Shown in pieces: positions 1 to 15,467 of a stretch of DNA of 64,000 nt. The DNA is taken from the NCBI RefSeq assembly GCF_009914755.1, contig NC_060931.1; one strand, given 5' to 3'. Both the position numbers and the translations under genes were made by a program. The first letter of the stretch is position 1. Every line of letters starts with the position of its first letter. This DNA comes from the human T2T-CHM13v2.0 reference genome, Homo sapiens. A model generated the notes under the pieces. It did no database searches and was not told the origin of the DNA. It was given only the letters and a program-made list of their open reading frames with translations.

Positions 1-469
1 CCTGGCCGGCCGGGCCGCGCGGCGCGCCCCCTCCTCCGCCTGGCCCGCGGGCGGGCTGCGTGGCTTCCCCCGGGCAGGCCGCCAGCAGCCCGCCGCCTCC
101 TCCATGCCCGAGGCTGAGGCCAGCCTGGCGGGTGTCAGCAACGCGTGTCAGCAGCCGCGGCGGAGGGATAAACACTGGGCCTAGAAAGGGAGCCTGGGAA
201 AGGCCAGAGATGGCGGCCAGGATTCCCTTTGCATCGGCTCTCTGGATTCTGCTTTTAATTTCCCTGCTCTCCAGACTGGGGGGCGCTCCCTGAGCCACTC
301 CTTATCCTGAGGCTCCCTAGGAAATCACTCCCCGATTATCTGAGGATCCTACCAGGTCAGTACCCCCTAGAACTTCTGCACACCACCCCCGCCCCAAGGG
401 CAGTCAGGAGCTGAGGGGTGGGTGTGCCAGAGAGGATGAGGGAAGTTACACGTTGAACACCTAAGGACG

Positions 470-640
470 CTGCATCTCATTAGGTCCTCTGACAACCCCA
501 TAAGGTAGGTGTTATTATCCTCCTTTTATAGATGAAGAAACCAAGGCTCCAGAGAAGTTCGGCACCATGCCCAAGTCTTGCAGCTTGTAAATGATAGAGC
601 CAGCTTTTGAACCTTGGTCTGGCAGAGGCAGAAGAATAAG
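470..640. mobile_element. MIR fragment
   Basis: ttattatcctccttttatagatgaagaaaccaaggctccagagaagttc resembles the MIR core. Confidence 0.6.
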
Positions 641-2460
641 CTGAGGGTCACAGGCAGAAGCCCAAGGTCATAGGAAGCAAAGAGAGGGACCTGCAGCTCC
701 AAACCCTGGACACACCTGGAGCCTGGGCGGGGCCTGAGACTTTGGCCCCACTTGTAGGAAAACAGACCCAAGAAAGGGGACCTGCCCAGGGATGTGAGGC
801 CTTCCTCAGTTTGGCCTCATCCTGGATGAGCACCCCCATGGTTCCATTTCTGCCAGACTTGGCTCCCTGACTCCAGGCCTGCCCGGAGAGCCAGGCTGGC
901 GAGTGAGCAGCAGGCAGGCAGCAGCCTCACTTGTGCCAGGCAAGATGCTCCTGGGATAAGAGCTTTTTATAAACAGAAGTTTCCGGCCACTTTGGCCTGT
1001 AATGCTGGGGCTTTCAGTAGCAGTTGGAATTCTCCCCCTCCCTTCCCCTCCCCTCCCCAGCAAGCATAGCCCTCAGGTTGCAGCCCTAGGCAATCCTACG
1101 TGCAAGGCTGGGCTGCAGCAGGGCACCCTGAGATAGGCCCAGGCCATCAGGACTTGGCCTCCTCCCACCTTTCTCGATTCTCCCTTCCCCTGGCCCCCAG
1201 AAAGTTGCCTTTTGGAACTGGTTCATCTTTTGGCCAGTTCCCAAGGCCCCCCAGACCTCCCAGGCAGCCATCAATTCCAGGAGTCAGGGTTTCCTGTCAC
1301 CTGAAAAGACCCCCTAACTCGGCCTCCAGCTCTGCCACAGTCCAAGGCAGTCCAGAGGCCCAGCCACACACCCCAGCTTCATAGAAGAAAAACCACCCCT
1401 TGTCCTCTCTCCCAGGCTGGGGAAAGAAGAGCAAGTTTCTTCGAAGGCATGCCCCACCCCACCACACACCCTTCACTGAGATCCTGGAATACAGGGATGG
1501 GACAGAAAGCCTGCCCCTCCTCCACAGACCTGGAACCTGAGACCCAAAGAGGGAAGAGTCACTCAAGGTCACATGGCAGTCAGTGGCAAAGGTAGGGCTA
1601 GAATCCAGCACCCCCCCCCACATCCATCCCAGCCTCCTCGTAGGCCCGCCCACAGCCTCCCCCTGGGCCCACCCCCACCTCTCAGGGAGGCCCTCAACCA
1701 GTGTCATTGTCTCCACCCCCTCAGGATCATCTTGTTCCTCCGCTTCACACAATACTGACCATCGGACTGACCCCTCCTTCCCCCAACCACCGTTACAAGC
1801 ACGCGTTGTCCTGTGCTCACAGGGTCATGGACAAGGAATGTCATCCTCTCCCAACTCCCAGGGCCCTTGGCAGTCACACCCACTGTGGCTCATGCAGCCT
1901 TAGGGACAGGCACATGAATGCTGCCCACCCCCAGGACATTTGCCTAATCTGGGACCCTTCTAGAAGCCTCCCTACCAGGCAGGCATTAGGGGTGCTGTAC
2001 TCCCGGTCCCCATAAGGGAATTAGGTGACAGTCTCCAGGGCAAGAAAACCCACAACTTGGGGGTACCACAGGGAGCTGCTTACCCTCAAAGCCCAGCTCT
2101 AGCCCCAGGACACCCTGTCTCCACAGAGCCCACAAGCTCGCAGCCTTGTCAAAGACACCTCCCCACCGCCCATACAGGGTCTAACTCACGGGTGACACAT
2201 GGGCTCAGGGTTATATACACATGGCACACACAAGAAGAGATTATGAGCTGACCCTGCATCCACGGCTTTTCAGTCCCTCCGGCACAACACAGTCAAGATC
2301 TGGCAAGACCAGTGTGCGCGCTGGACTCTCGGGATCCCAGGGTTTGGGTCGTACACACTCTTATGCCCTTGCACACAGCCCCATCCACGTCCACGCACCC
2401 AGAGTTGGGGACACCTGCACACTCCATCCCACATCCCTTCCCTGCACACTCAGCGTGTCA

Positions 2461-3450
<990 letters not shown>

Positions 3451-3770
3451 CATGGCCGGCTTGTAGGCGGCCGGGATGGGGGAAGGGATTCCACCCCCAC
3501 CCCAGATTAGCGACTAAGAAACCTGATTTGAAGGGAAACGGCGGGTCCTTATGCCCTGGTTCCCCACCACGCCGAGCACTGGCTTGGTATACACAGCACG
3601 CGCTCAGTGCCTACTGTGGGTGACCGGGGCAACGCCTGGACCCTCGAAGACGAGCCCGGGGTCAAGGGAGACCCTGGAAATAGGAAAAGCAAGACAATCT
3701 GGAGGCCCCAGAGCAGCAGAGCTCTGAAATAAGGGAGGGTTAAACTTAGAAGGGGCACGCCCCCTGCCCC

Positions 3771-3771
<1 letters not shown>

Positions 3772-3819
<48 letters not shown>

Positions 3820-3843
3820 ACACACACACGGAGAGAGAGAGAG
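3772..3843. repeat. (CA)n(GA)n microsatellite
   Basis: Direct reading of CA dinucleotide run followed by a short GA run. Confidence 0.95.
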
Positions 3844-6544
3844 CCCTCTGTGGGGCTCTGCATAGGAGCTGCACAGAGAGGGACATTCTGACAGCAGTTG
3901 CGGCCTCCTAGCTGCAGGATCAAAGAGAGGTCCCTGAGCGCGAGGTTCCAACCAGGGGATCCCCGGGTGCGAGCGGCCCGCCCTCCCCCGGCAGCCCGGG
4001 GCCAGCCTTGCACGCCCAATCGGCGGGCTCGGGGCCCTGCGGCGGCGGCCACGGCCCAGCCCCTCGGAAAGCCCTGGCCTAGCCGCAGGCCCCTCCCCCC
4101 GGCCAGCTGGCTCGCTCCAGCTGCGGCTCCCTTATTTAGGCAAGGAGGCCTAGGGATGCTCAAGGGCAGGCGGGGTGTCTGCCCGCCGCCTGCTCATCGC
4201 CTGCTTGCGTCTGAGTGAGGGTCTCCGGGCGCGGTGTCCTCGGACTTAGCAGTCAGGCAGGGCCCCGGGAAGGCCAGGGCGGGGAGGCGAGTGTTGACAG
4301 CTGAGTGGGCGGGCGGGGAGGGAGGAGTCGCAGCTGAACAGCCGAGGGTCCCCTCCCTGCAGCCGGATCAGAGACCTGTCTAGATGGATGGGGCCATGTG
4401 GGGGCTCCTGAGGGCTTGCAGCTGCCTCTGTCCTTGGAGCAGGGGCTGGGTCTTGTCACCAGCGAGAACCATCATGGGGGGAGGGGAAGAACAAAGGGCA
4501 GGGAAGGAATCGGAGTCCCGAAGGAGGAAGGCGCAGAAAACTGTCGTCGTGAGACCACCCTACCCGGACTCTCACCTTCCACCCAGGAGCACAAAGATGC
4601 AAACACTGGGGCCAAATGGGGCCACTGGCCAGCAGATGACACTCTTTTTTATTTGCTGGTGGGTGGGCAGTGACTCAGGGAGGCAGCCAGTGGGAGAGAA
4701 GGAGGTGGCTCCACAGCTGATGCTAAAAAAGTCCAGAGGCTCTTGCCTGTGCAGTTATTCCTCAGGCCCTCTCCACTGCCAGCAGTTTCCTCACTCACCC
4801 CCCCGGGGGCCCAGGGCCTTCCACAGCACAAGCTCCTCCTTGGTGTAGCATTTGGCATCAGGTGCATCAACACATCTGGGTTCCGGGTAGAACCTAGTCC
4901 ACGACTGGCCCAGCCCCCGCCACGCCCCAAGGCCACCCCTGGCTGCTGGGTTGCCTACCATGAATCCAGGATGATTCATGTGTGAGTGAAGTGTCCTCCT
5001 GTCCAGGCCAGGGGATGGAGAGAAAGTGAGCAAAGGCCAGCAGCTGAGAATGGGCATGGGAGGGCAAGAAGGGAAAGGGACATCTGTAGCCTCCCCCTCT
5101 CTCCAGACCAAGGGAGAGGGAGAGCCAGGCCCTGAAGGGAAGGAGCCACTCATCTGAGCTGGCCAGCTGTCCTCCACTCCTGTACCCGTGTTGCTGGGAC
5201 AGGCCTCTGCTCTTATCCCAAAGGGAAGACAGGAGTCAGAGGAGCCCTTCATCCTCCCAAACAGAGAGGAGCCCAGGCACGGGGTAGCCCTCCTTCTGTG
5301 CACAGAGGCAAGAAGAGAGCTGTTCCCTCAAGCTGAGGAGAGACAGATCTCTCCCTCTCTCCCCCCAGCCCACTCCACATACTCAGAAGTCAAAGCTGAA
5401 TGTAGATTTCTGACTTCCTTGGAGGCTCAGGGTAGAGCCTGAAGGCAGACCCACTTAGCCGCCCCCACACTCAAGAATTGAGCTGAGGAAGAGAAACGGT
5501 GAGAGGGGGCAAGCTCTCCCCAAAGCAACATTTCTGGGCCTCAGATGAGCTGATGGAGAAGCCCCCACTGCCTTCAACTTCCCACCTCTGCTACCCCCAG
5601 ATCTGGGACAAAGAGAAAAGTGCCCAACCCTAATACCAAGAGCTGGGCTGTTAAGCCTCTAGAATCTGCCCCACCCCCATCTCAGCTCCAAGAGCCATTT
5701 CAGAGACCATTCCTGGGAAGAGCTCTCCCGCACCCTGCCTGTGACTGAGGGAACAGAGAGGCTACAGTGAGATATCCAGGCTCCTCCCAGCTCCCAAAAA
5801 GAAACAATTTAGGGAGAAAAGTCTGCAGAAAGCATCCTACCCACCCTGCTCTCTGCTCCTGCTCAGTCCGAAGGCATGGAGCCAGGACATCCTGGAAGGA
5901 GAAAGAGAAATGGAAGCCCACTCTGCCAGAGGTCCCCCAAGGAGCGGGCCAGGCAAGACACCACCAAAGTCAGGCCCAGGAGAGCCTGGGGTTACCCACA
6001 GGGGATTGGGAAGCAGTTCCAGTCGGCTGGGCACAGGAGAGACAGGTTACAGAGCAATGGTTCCTGGGAAACCCTGGGGAAGGAAGAACAGAGTGAGCAG
6101 GTCCCTTGATGCTTGAACACGGTGGGTTTTTTTTGTTTTTCTGTGCAACTGGGTCCCCAGAATAGAGATTTTTTTCAGATGTGAACTGGAGTTGGAGAAG
6201 AAAAGAATCAAAGAAACAGCATGTTTCCCCTCCAGAAGTGGATGATCAGGGCTTATTGATAGAAAGAAGGGAAGTAGGAAGGAAAGAAAGAAGGAAGAAA
6301 GGATGGAAGGAACCCGCCTGAAACCCCTAGCCAAGAGCCAGGACACTCTTCACTCATCGCCCTCTGCAGCTCCACATGTAGCAATCCTGCCAACCCCTGG
6401 TCCATTCCAAGGTCTTCTCTGGACAACCTGATCCCCACCTTTGGTGGGACATTTTCCCTGCCTTTGTGGTGTCAAAAGAAGCAAGTAAGGCCCTGGAGAC
6501 TAGGATTCGGGAGATCTGACTTCTAATTCTGGTTCTGCTACTAG

Positions 6545-7120
6545 TTGCATCGACAAGTGTTTACTGGGGGCTTTCTAAGTACTGGGCCCTGTGCCAGACA
6601 CTGCTGGGGGACAAGAGGGATAAGCCAGGATCCCTCCTCCAGGGATTCACAGTCTAGTGAGTTTTGAGGGAGACGGTGGGCAGACAGAAACTGCAGTCTG
6701 CAGTCAGTGCTGTGGGATTACGAGGAGGTGTTGGTTAATTTCAACCGGAGGAGTCTTGGAGGGCCTTGCCAGGGAAGGAGATTTCAGTGCAGGTCCTTGA
6801 AGGTTGGAGGTGGGGCAGGGCAGAAGCATTGCAGATAGAAGAGACAACATAAGGATATATAAAGAAAGGAGAATGGAGATTGGGTCTGAGGACAAAATAA
6901 TTTGATGTGGTGGCAGTGGAGCAGCAGGCTGGCACCATTTGCAGAGGGATGAGGACTATGAATTTTATTATCTCTGCAAGGGGGACACAGTAGTGGCAGG
7001 AAACAGTAAGGAAACAGTAGTGGCAGCTGAATGCAGAATCCATGAATGTAAATATTCTGTCTTTGTACAGACCCTGGCAAAGAGTAGGTATCCAAGAAAG
7101 GTTTGTTGATTGAATGAAAC
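6545..7120. mobile_element. Degenerate LINE-2 fragments
   Basis: L2 3'-end-like motifs (tgtgccagacactgctgggg...; aaaggtttgttgattgaatgaa). Confidence 0.45.
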
Positions 7121-7164
7121 GTGTATAATAGTTTGGAGAAAATGAGGTGGATATGAGGTTTTTC

Positions 7165-7660
7165 CATTACCTATTGCTGCATAACAGCCATCCCAAGATC
7201 CAGTGGTTTAGTTGGATATATTTTGCTCATGGATTTGCAACTGGGGTAGTTTCCACCAGGACCACTTTTCTCTGCTTTACTCCAAACTAGAGACTGGAAG
7301 GTTCATCTACTTACGTTTGGTGGTTGGTGCTGGCTGTTGGCTGGGACCTCAGCTAGGACTGGGGCCAGACAGCTACACAACGCCCTTCTGTGTGGCCACT
7401 TGGCTCCCTCACAGCATGGTGGCTGTGTTCCAAGGGCCAGTGTCCCAAGAGAAGACCAGTCAGCAGCTGTATCTCCTTGAATAACTTAGCCTTAAAAAAT
7501 CACATAAAACAACTTCTGCTGTAATCGTGACCCATCAGATGCAAGGAGAACAAACACAGACCCCCACCTCTCAGTGGAGGGGTGTTGCTGTCACACTGGA
7601 AGAAAAGCATATGTATTGGCACGACCACCTTGGGAAAATATCATCTGCCACATAGAGCAA
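7165..7660. mobile_element. MaLR (MLT1-family) LTR remnant
   Basis: ctattgctgcataacagccatcccaag... and ccctcacagcatggtggctgtgttccaaggg are MLT1-like. Confidence 0.55.
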
Positions 7661-9726
7661 TACAATAGTCCAAGGGAGAGATGCCCAACACTTGAACCAG
7701 GTCAGAGGTGATGGAAAAGGGCCCATTTGTTGTGTAACTTTAGGAGTACCACTAAATCTCACTTTCCTTACCTGTAAAATGAGGAGACCAAACAAGCTGA
7801 TCTCTGAGATCCCGTCCAGCTCTAGCAGTGAGTGATTCCTTAATTCCACACAGCAACACACCCACCCATGAGTGGTTCCTCTGTTTCTCCTCAATAGCCA
7901 TCTTCACCTCCACCTCTTGCCTCTGCTCTCTCATCCTGGGTGCACTTGGAGCCAATGGTTACTCCACAAATAGCACCATGATCCATCCTGCATATTTATG
8001 TCAGACTAAAAATAAGTGGTGCAGGAGACCCCTTAGGACAAGATAGAAGCCCCCAAGACTGATCAATCTCCCATTTTATCTGCTGTGTTTGCATCACAGT
8101 AGCATCTAACTGGAAACCACAAACACAGGGAATTCATTATCTAACCGGGAAAAGAACCAATAGGCATGAAAAAACTTGGATATGAAATGTCAGAAGAACA
8201 ATCTGGTGATGTTGAGGATACGTGGAGGGGTGTTCAGAAGAAGGAGGGCTCTGAGTGGGCTGGGGCAGCTCGGAAAATTTCCTGGGCGATTTTGGTCCTT
8301 CTGCATGGTAAGGGCTTTCTCAGGTACAAAGGAAGGTGGTGAACATCTTCATAAAGCAAGATCCCAAGAGGAGTCAGGTGTGGGTTTCCCCACCAATCTA
8401 TACTTACCCCCAGATGAGAAAGAGAAGGGGCCAGTTTCAGTTTCCTCTGCCTGAAAACTTAATAGTCATCTGTTCCTTTGATTTAAAGACTGGGATTTTT
8501 AGACACAAGAAGGGGCTTCAAGTGAGGCTGCAAAACTTAGCAAGTACTAGAAGCTCCAGAATTACTATATAGGAGGGACTGATGGGGAGAAAGAATCCTA
8601 TTATAAGGAGGCTGGGACATTTGTCTGAAGGTTGAATTTGCATGTATTCCTTTTTAAATGTATTTACTAAGCACCTAATGTGTACCTAACACTATTCTAG
8701 AAAATAGGTTGGTTTTGTTTTAAAAAATGCCCTGACAGTTTGCAGAACTAGTGCACTGTTTTGACATATATTAGGGGGTTTATTTTTGAGTGCCTTCAAA
8801 GGATTAAAAAATATGAAGAACCAAGACATGCTTTGGGCAACCTTGCCAGGAAAGCTGGCCCTGGAGGAGATCCCAAGCTCACTTGGCTACTCAATGCCTC
8901 CAGCCAGGTTGGAGCTTTGTCTCTGTCCAAGGTGCTGAAAATACTTTACGGCAGGCTCAGCAGAAAACTAGGGAGGGCAGCCCAGGTGACAAGACTGAGG
9001 CACTCTTCAGGACACAGTGCATTAGATGGTCACCCCAAATCCTGAAAATGCCTCTGGAGCTGGACAGTAGCTCCTGGAGGCAGCACGGGGTGAAGCAAGA
9101 GCTGGGTTTGCCAGTCAATGCTGAGAAAACCATGTCTCATGTGCTTTCAGAGTGTGCCTTCCTCCCTCACTCCTCTGACAGCCATCAGGAAAAGATATGA
9201 ATAAACCCCTGAACTTTACACTTGCAACTCTTGGGATTTCCTTTGGGAGTTTCTGTTGCTTTATGAAATATTAGAGCCAGAAGCAAACACTTTCATATAT
9301 TAGACAATAAAACAGATATTCACAGTGACAAGGACTCCGCCTCAAGGTTGTGCCACAAGTTAGAAATGGAGCTGGACATAAAATAGTGTCTCCTGGTTCT
9401 TAGTTAAGTGATTTTTCCACCACACCAGGCCAGGTGGGAGATTACATACCACATATAACAAGAGCTAAAGAAATTTGAGATATGTGTGTGAGAGAGAGAG
9501 AGAGACCAGAGAACTCCAGATACAGAGGTTGCTCTGTCAGCTCTCCAGAACTTTTGCTGTTCATTCTGCTGATATCGGGCAGAATTAAGAGCCTACCCCA
9601 GCTTGGAATAAAAATGCTAACCCAACACTAGCTTCATATCCTAGCCCATCCCAAGGATCATCAGCTGCTGAGCCAGCCAACACCAAGGACCTGAGAAGAG
9701 AACTCAGGTTCAAATAGGTCTTGCAT

Positions 9727-10348
<622 letters not shown>

Positions 10349-10619
10349 GGTCTCCCACTCCATCTTCTCCCTGATATACCCACAAACAATTATCCAGAGC
10401 TTTCTATGTGCCCCCCACTGAGAAGTGTTCCTAAGGAAATATATGATATACAATACAGTCCCTGGCCTTACAAAATTTGCAATTCGTTGAGAAGACAATA
10501 TTTTCACCCATGATTAGACAATATTACAGGAGCCAAATACAAATAATGGCAGCTGACAAGAGAAGTTACACAGTCCTAGATCCCAAGTCTAAGAAGTGGT
10601 GCAGACCATGAATGCTTTT

Positions 10620-10770
10620 TCTTTTTCTAAAAATGTTATTCATTTTTGTAAAATAGAGACAGGATCTCCCCATGTTGCCCAAGCTGGTCTCAAACTCCTG
10701 GGCTCACGCGATCCTCCCACCTGGGCCTCCCAAGGTGCTGGGATTACAGGTGTGAGCCACGGCGCCCGGA
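10620..10770 (-). mobile_element. FLAM / Alu left monomer
   Basis: Reverse Alu left-arm sequence ending ...gagccacggcgcccgg, flanked by a repeated cagaccatgaatgcttt (TSD-like). Confidence 0.8.
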
Positions 10771-11834
10771 CAGACCATGAATGCTTTGACTTCAGGGTCT
10801 GAAGGAATCGTTTTAAGGCCAGAAGGATAAGGGAAGGCTTCGCAAGGGAGGAAGGCTTAGGGAGAATTTGGCTGAGCTGAGAATTGTGGTCAGGACCTCA
10901 TCTCTGTCCCTCTGGGGGACCAGCAGTCCAGTGCAGGGCCAGACAGAGCCAGTGAGGGTGTGAAGGTGACGGCAGAGGCCTATTGCAATGCTGGGGCGCT
11001 AAATGTCCAGGAAGAGCGCATTCGATCTTTCCCGGCTGAAGAAGAACAGGCCCTGAGAGCTCCCCCTTCTGGATCCGCGCAGCAGAACAACATCTCCTCT
11101 AGGAAGTGGGCTCAGCAGTGCCCGGCTCAGCAGTGCCCGGCTCAGCAGTGCCCAGCGCAGACGGGGCTGGTGCTTAGGAAACCAGACGACAGACTGGGAA
11201 CCCCATTTCCTGGGAGCCCCTCGGAAGCCTCAGGTCATCATCAACAGCAAATATGTCAGGGACGCCTCTGGGAGGTCACTGGGAGTCGGGCATGTAATCC
11301 ATTTGGGGAGAGCAGGAAAAAAGACAAGTCACCAATGACTGAAGGTTCTCCAGGGCTTGAAGTCAGGATTTCCACATCTCACAGATCAGCAGGGGGCTCT
11401 AAAGGCTGCTCCTCCCACCCTGGTCTGGAGAGAGGGCCCAGCCCCTCCTGGGGGCACCTGAGAGGGTTCTGTCCAGACGATCCCAGTGACAGTTGCTGTG
11501 GAATTTCCATGCTGGGCACACTTGAGGCCCAAAGCTCCGATTCCCAAGAGGCGCCACAGCAACCATGCCAGGAAACTGGGCCAGGCTGAGGGTGGCAGGA
11601 GAGGGAGACAGGAGGAGGCAGGAAGGGGGCAGGGCCTGTCAGATGGATCCCTGACAACCATCCGTCTCAAGTCCGAGGTAACCTTATATCTTTGCCTCAG
11701 CAGATAGGATGACTTTGTATGTAGGGCCTTCAGAGCCCAAGACAGGGCACCTATGGTGAGCATTCAGGAGGCCTCAGCCTGCCCCTGAAACCCCCTCGTT
11801 CTCACTCTGGATCCCCGGAATAAAGGACAATTTC

Positions 11835-12238
<404 letters not shown>

Positions 12239-12586
12239 TCAGTGAGGGAGCCCAGGATGCACAACCCATGGGCAACTGCAAAACTGTGAGGGGGGGAGCT
12301 CCCCAGCTGGGGAGCAGGGAGGGGGCACAGGGAGATGCTGCCCCGCCCTCAGGTGGGCTCCCTGGGGCAGAGCCTGGTGAACCTCTTCCAGAGACGCTTC
12401 TGCCTCCTGGCTGACAGACCCAGTGACCTGGAAACCCAAGACCTTACCCTGGCAGTGGCAGGGGTCTGCCAGCCTCTGGGGGCTCTTGGGAGTCTGGACC
12501 AACTTCCACCTTCCCAAGGGAAATGCAAGAATCTCCAGGCCTTGATCAACCTTCAGGTTTAGATTCTTCCTTCAACACCACTGCCC

Positions 12587-12587
<1 letters not shown>

Positions 12588-12629
<42 letters not shown>

Positions 12630-12660
12630 ATGCACGTATGCATGGATGTATGTGTGTGTG
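12588..12660. repeat. (TG)n(AG)n microsatellite
   Basis: Direct reading. Confidence 0.9.
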
Positions 12661-13050
12661 TCCGTTTGTTCAGGCTGCTGTAAGAAAACACCAAGGACCG
12701 GGTGGCCTAAAGACAACATAAATTTATTTCTCACAGTTCTGGATGCCGCAGTCTAAGATCAAGGTGCTGGCAGATTCCATGTCTGGTGAGGACCCACGGT
12801 TCATAGACAGTGCCTTCTCACTGTGTCCTCACATGATGGAAAGGTCTGGTGAGGACCCATGTTCATAGACAGCGCCTTCTCACTGTGTCCTCACATGATG
12901 GAAAGGTGAGGGATCTCTCTGGGGTTTTTTTCTTAAGGGCACGCATCCTATTCAGGAAGGTTCCTCCCTCACGATCTCAACACCTCCCAAACACCCCGCC
13001 TCCTAACACCATCACCTTGGGGGCTAGGATCTCAACTTATGAATTTGTGG
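12655..13050. mobile_element. MaLR LTR (MLT1A/MST-like) with an internal ~62-bp tandem duplication (12781-12905)
   Basis: ttatttctcacagttctgga...tctaagatcaaggtgctggcagattc is typical MaLR; gtctggtgaggaccca...catgatggaaag occurs twice in tandem. Confidence 0.75.
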
Positions 13051-13076
13051 GGAAATCAAACGTTCCCCGAAACATT

Positions 13077-13231
13077 TGTGTGTGTAAGAGAGTATGCATG
13101 GATGTATGTGTGTGTGACTGTGCATGCATGCATGTATATATGTGTATGTGTGTGCATGCATGCATGGATATATGTGTAAGAAAGTGTGCATGCATGCATG
13201 GATGTATGTGTGTGCGTGTACGTGTGTATGT
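13077..13231. repeat. (TG/CATG)n low-complexity repeat
   Basis: Direct reading; source of spurious MCVC/HTH ORFs. Confidence 0.85.
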
Positions 13232-13679
13232 GAAGATACCTCCTGAGCCTTCGGTTTGACACACCCCATGTGGTCTGTGCAGGAAGCAGGGAGGCGCAGA
13301 TTTGTCCCAATCTGCTCCTCTGGGGGTGGGCCCAAATGAGCCACCTTGGGACCCCAGATGGCTGGTGTAGACCTACCACCCGATGCCGTTGGCTCCTTTC
13401 CTATCCCCTGGGTCTCCCCCTCCCTTCGTGGTGTCTGATCCCACGATTGTGCTGAAATCGCTCCTCCTCGGCTCTCTGCTGCCCTCATGTGGCTGTCTCA
13501 AGAAGGGCTGGGGCTACCGGGGGCGCCCAGGATCAACACAGGAGCCCCTTCAGACCGGCAACCGCGTCCACAGCCCGGAACCCTCAGCATCCCAGAAGCC
13601 GCCCCAACGCCCTCACCAAAGGCTCAGCACCAATTCTGCAATCTGGAAGCTGAGCAAATCTCTCCGCCCCCCAGCACTC

Positions 13680-13950
13680 AGCATGAGTTACATCCTCGGG
13701 AGGGGGAGGCCTGGCGGCAGCTGCTCCCCGCCCCTCTCCCGCTGCTCCCGCCTCCCTTCCCTCCTTTCCCCGCTCCCCACCCGTCCTTGCCAGCAGGCAG
13801 GAAGGAAGCTGCTCATAGTGCAAGGGTGGGGTACTTCCAGCTCACACTGAACAGCCCCGGGCTGGGCTATAAAGAGTCAGGGACTTCCGCTCAGTCACCC
13901 CTGCCCTCACCACCCAGGCCCCCATGCACACACCCCAGGCCCAAGGCCTT
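13680..13950. promoter_or_regulatory. NOS3: NOS3 distal endothelial enhancer (~-4.9 kb)
   Basis: Position matches the described -4.9 kb eNOS enhancer relative to the proximal TSS (~18585); GC boxes and several ETS GGAA/TTCC cores present. Confidence 0.6.
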
Positions 13951-15467
13951 CCCTTCCCAGCACAGCCCTCCAAGGTCAAGGCGTCCCCCGCCCAGCCCTG
14001 CAGAGCACTCTGGTCTGAGAGGGAAGGCAGGGGCAAGATTTGCCGCCTCTTTGGCATTATGGAGGGGGCAGGGGGCACAGGGCACAGCCCTCCCCAGGGA
14101 GGGATCCCTACTCACCCACAGAAGGCTGTCACCTTACCCCTGGGGTCTGGGCCAGCCCTCCCCGAGGCGGAAACACAGCCACTGTCAGGGACAAGGGGGC
14201 TCAGTTCCCAACCAGATCATCTCCAAAGCCCATTCAGCTTCAGATCTCATGATTGAAGATGGAAATTCTTTCAGCCGAACACCAAATCTCCAACCTTGAA
14301 AACTGTTTTTTCGGAAAGTCCTCTTTAAAACATGGTTACCAATATGAGCAGTCAGCCACTAAGATGCATGGGCATCATTCTTGGCAGGGCTGCAGGCATA
14401 GAGCAGGCCAGCACCAGGCAGAGCCCTGGGGACGGCAGGCCTCCTCCGACAGGCGGGGGAATCAACTGTTCTCATCAGAGCACCCTGATGGAAGGCAGGA
14501 CACTCCGGACAACACTGGCCACGGCCCAAGAAAGGGGAAGCAGGGAATCCCCTGTCCAGAGAGCATTCATCTCTGACTTTTTCTGTCTGTTTAACTTTTT
14601 TTTTTCCTCCTTTTCTTAAGACCCTGCCATGGCATCCTCTGCCCCAATTCAAACCCAATCCAGGCCTACTCTGACCCTCAGCTTTCAGCGCTGACTGTAC
14701 TGAACTGGACCCCATCCTCCCTGTGACCCTCAGCCTTCAGTGCTGGCTGTACTGAACTGTAACCCATCCTCCCTGTGGCCACAGAGTGCTCCTTCTTGCA
14801 CTCCTCCCCTTCACCTAGACTGACTTCTTTCTGCCCACACAGACCCATCTAGCCTCAGCCAATTCCCTTCTCAGTGGACCCTCTCCATTGCCTCCAGAGC
14901 ACAGCTTCCAGTCCCCAGGCGGCTGCACACATTTGCAACAAAACAAGCCAATGTATGAAGCAATCCCACTCAGTGCAGGAGCTCAACCCAGCAGAGGATC
15001 CCCACAGAGAGGAACTGACCTGTGTCTTCCAGAGCACACAGGTTCAGAGCACACAGGTTCATTTAAGTGAGAACCCACACTTACAGAGCAAGCTGCCCAA
15101 AAACCACGACCAGGAGGGCCCAGAGAAAGAGCTGTCCCCGGGGCCTTGGGGACAGGGTGACAGCCACCCAGAGATCATGGAGAAGGGGACGTAAGGAAGA
15201 CCTCACAGAGGAGTCATCCTGCGACTGTGTTGGTTGGGTCCTTCAGGAAGCAGAGTCCCAGGAGTTGGAAGCATAAGAGGAATACTGCGGGCAATGCCTG
15301 AGAAAGATAACAGGGACCGGGAGCAGGAGTGAGTTGGGCAGGGGAAGGATCAGGCCCACAATGCCAGGCTCACACCTGCAGAGGAGGGAAGAAGAAGAAG
15401 GGCCTCACATCAGCCCAGCGGGGGATGTTACGCCCACAGACGCCCCGGGGCTCAGTTACTGTCTAAG

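Noticed and set aside
4129-4140. CArG-like CCTTATTTAGG
   Set aside because: Seven A/T bases between CC and GG, so it does not fit CC(A/T)6GG.
10960-11589. 209-aa ORF with AQQCP repeats
   Set aside because: Starts at GTG, repeats come from a 15-bp tandem, no homology or splice context.
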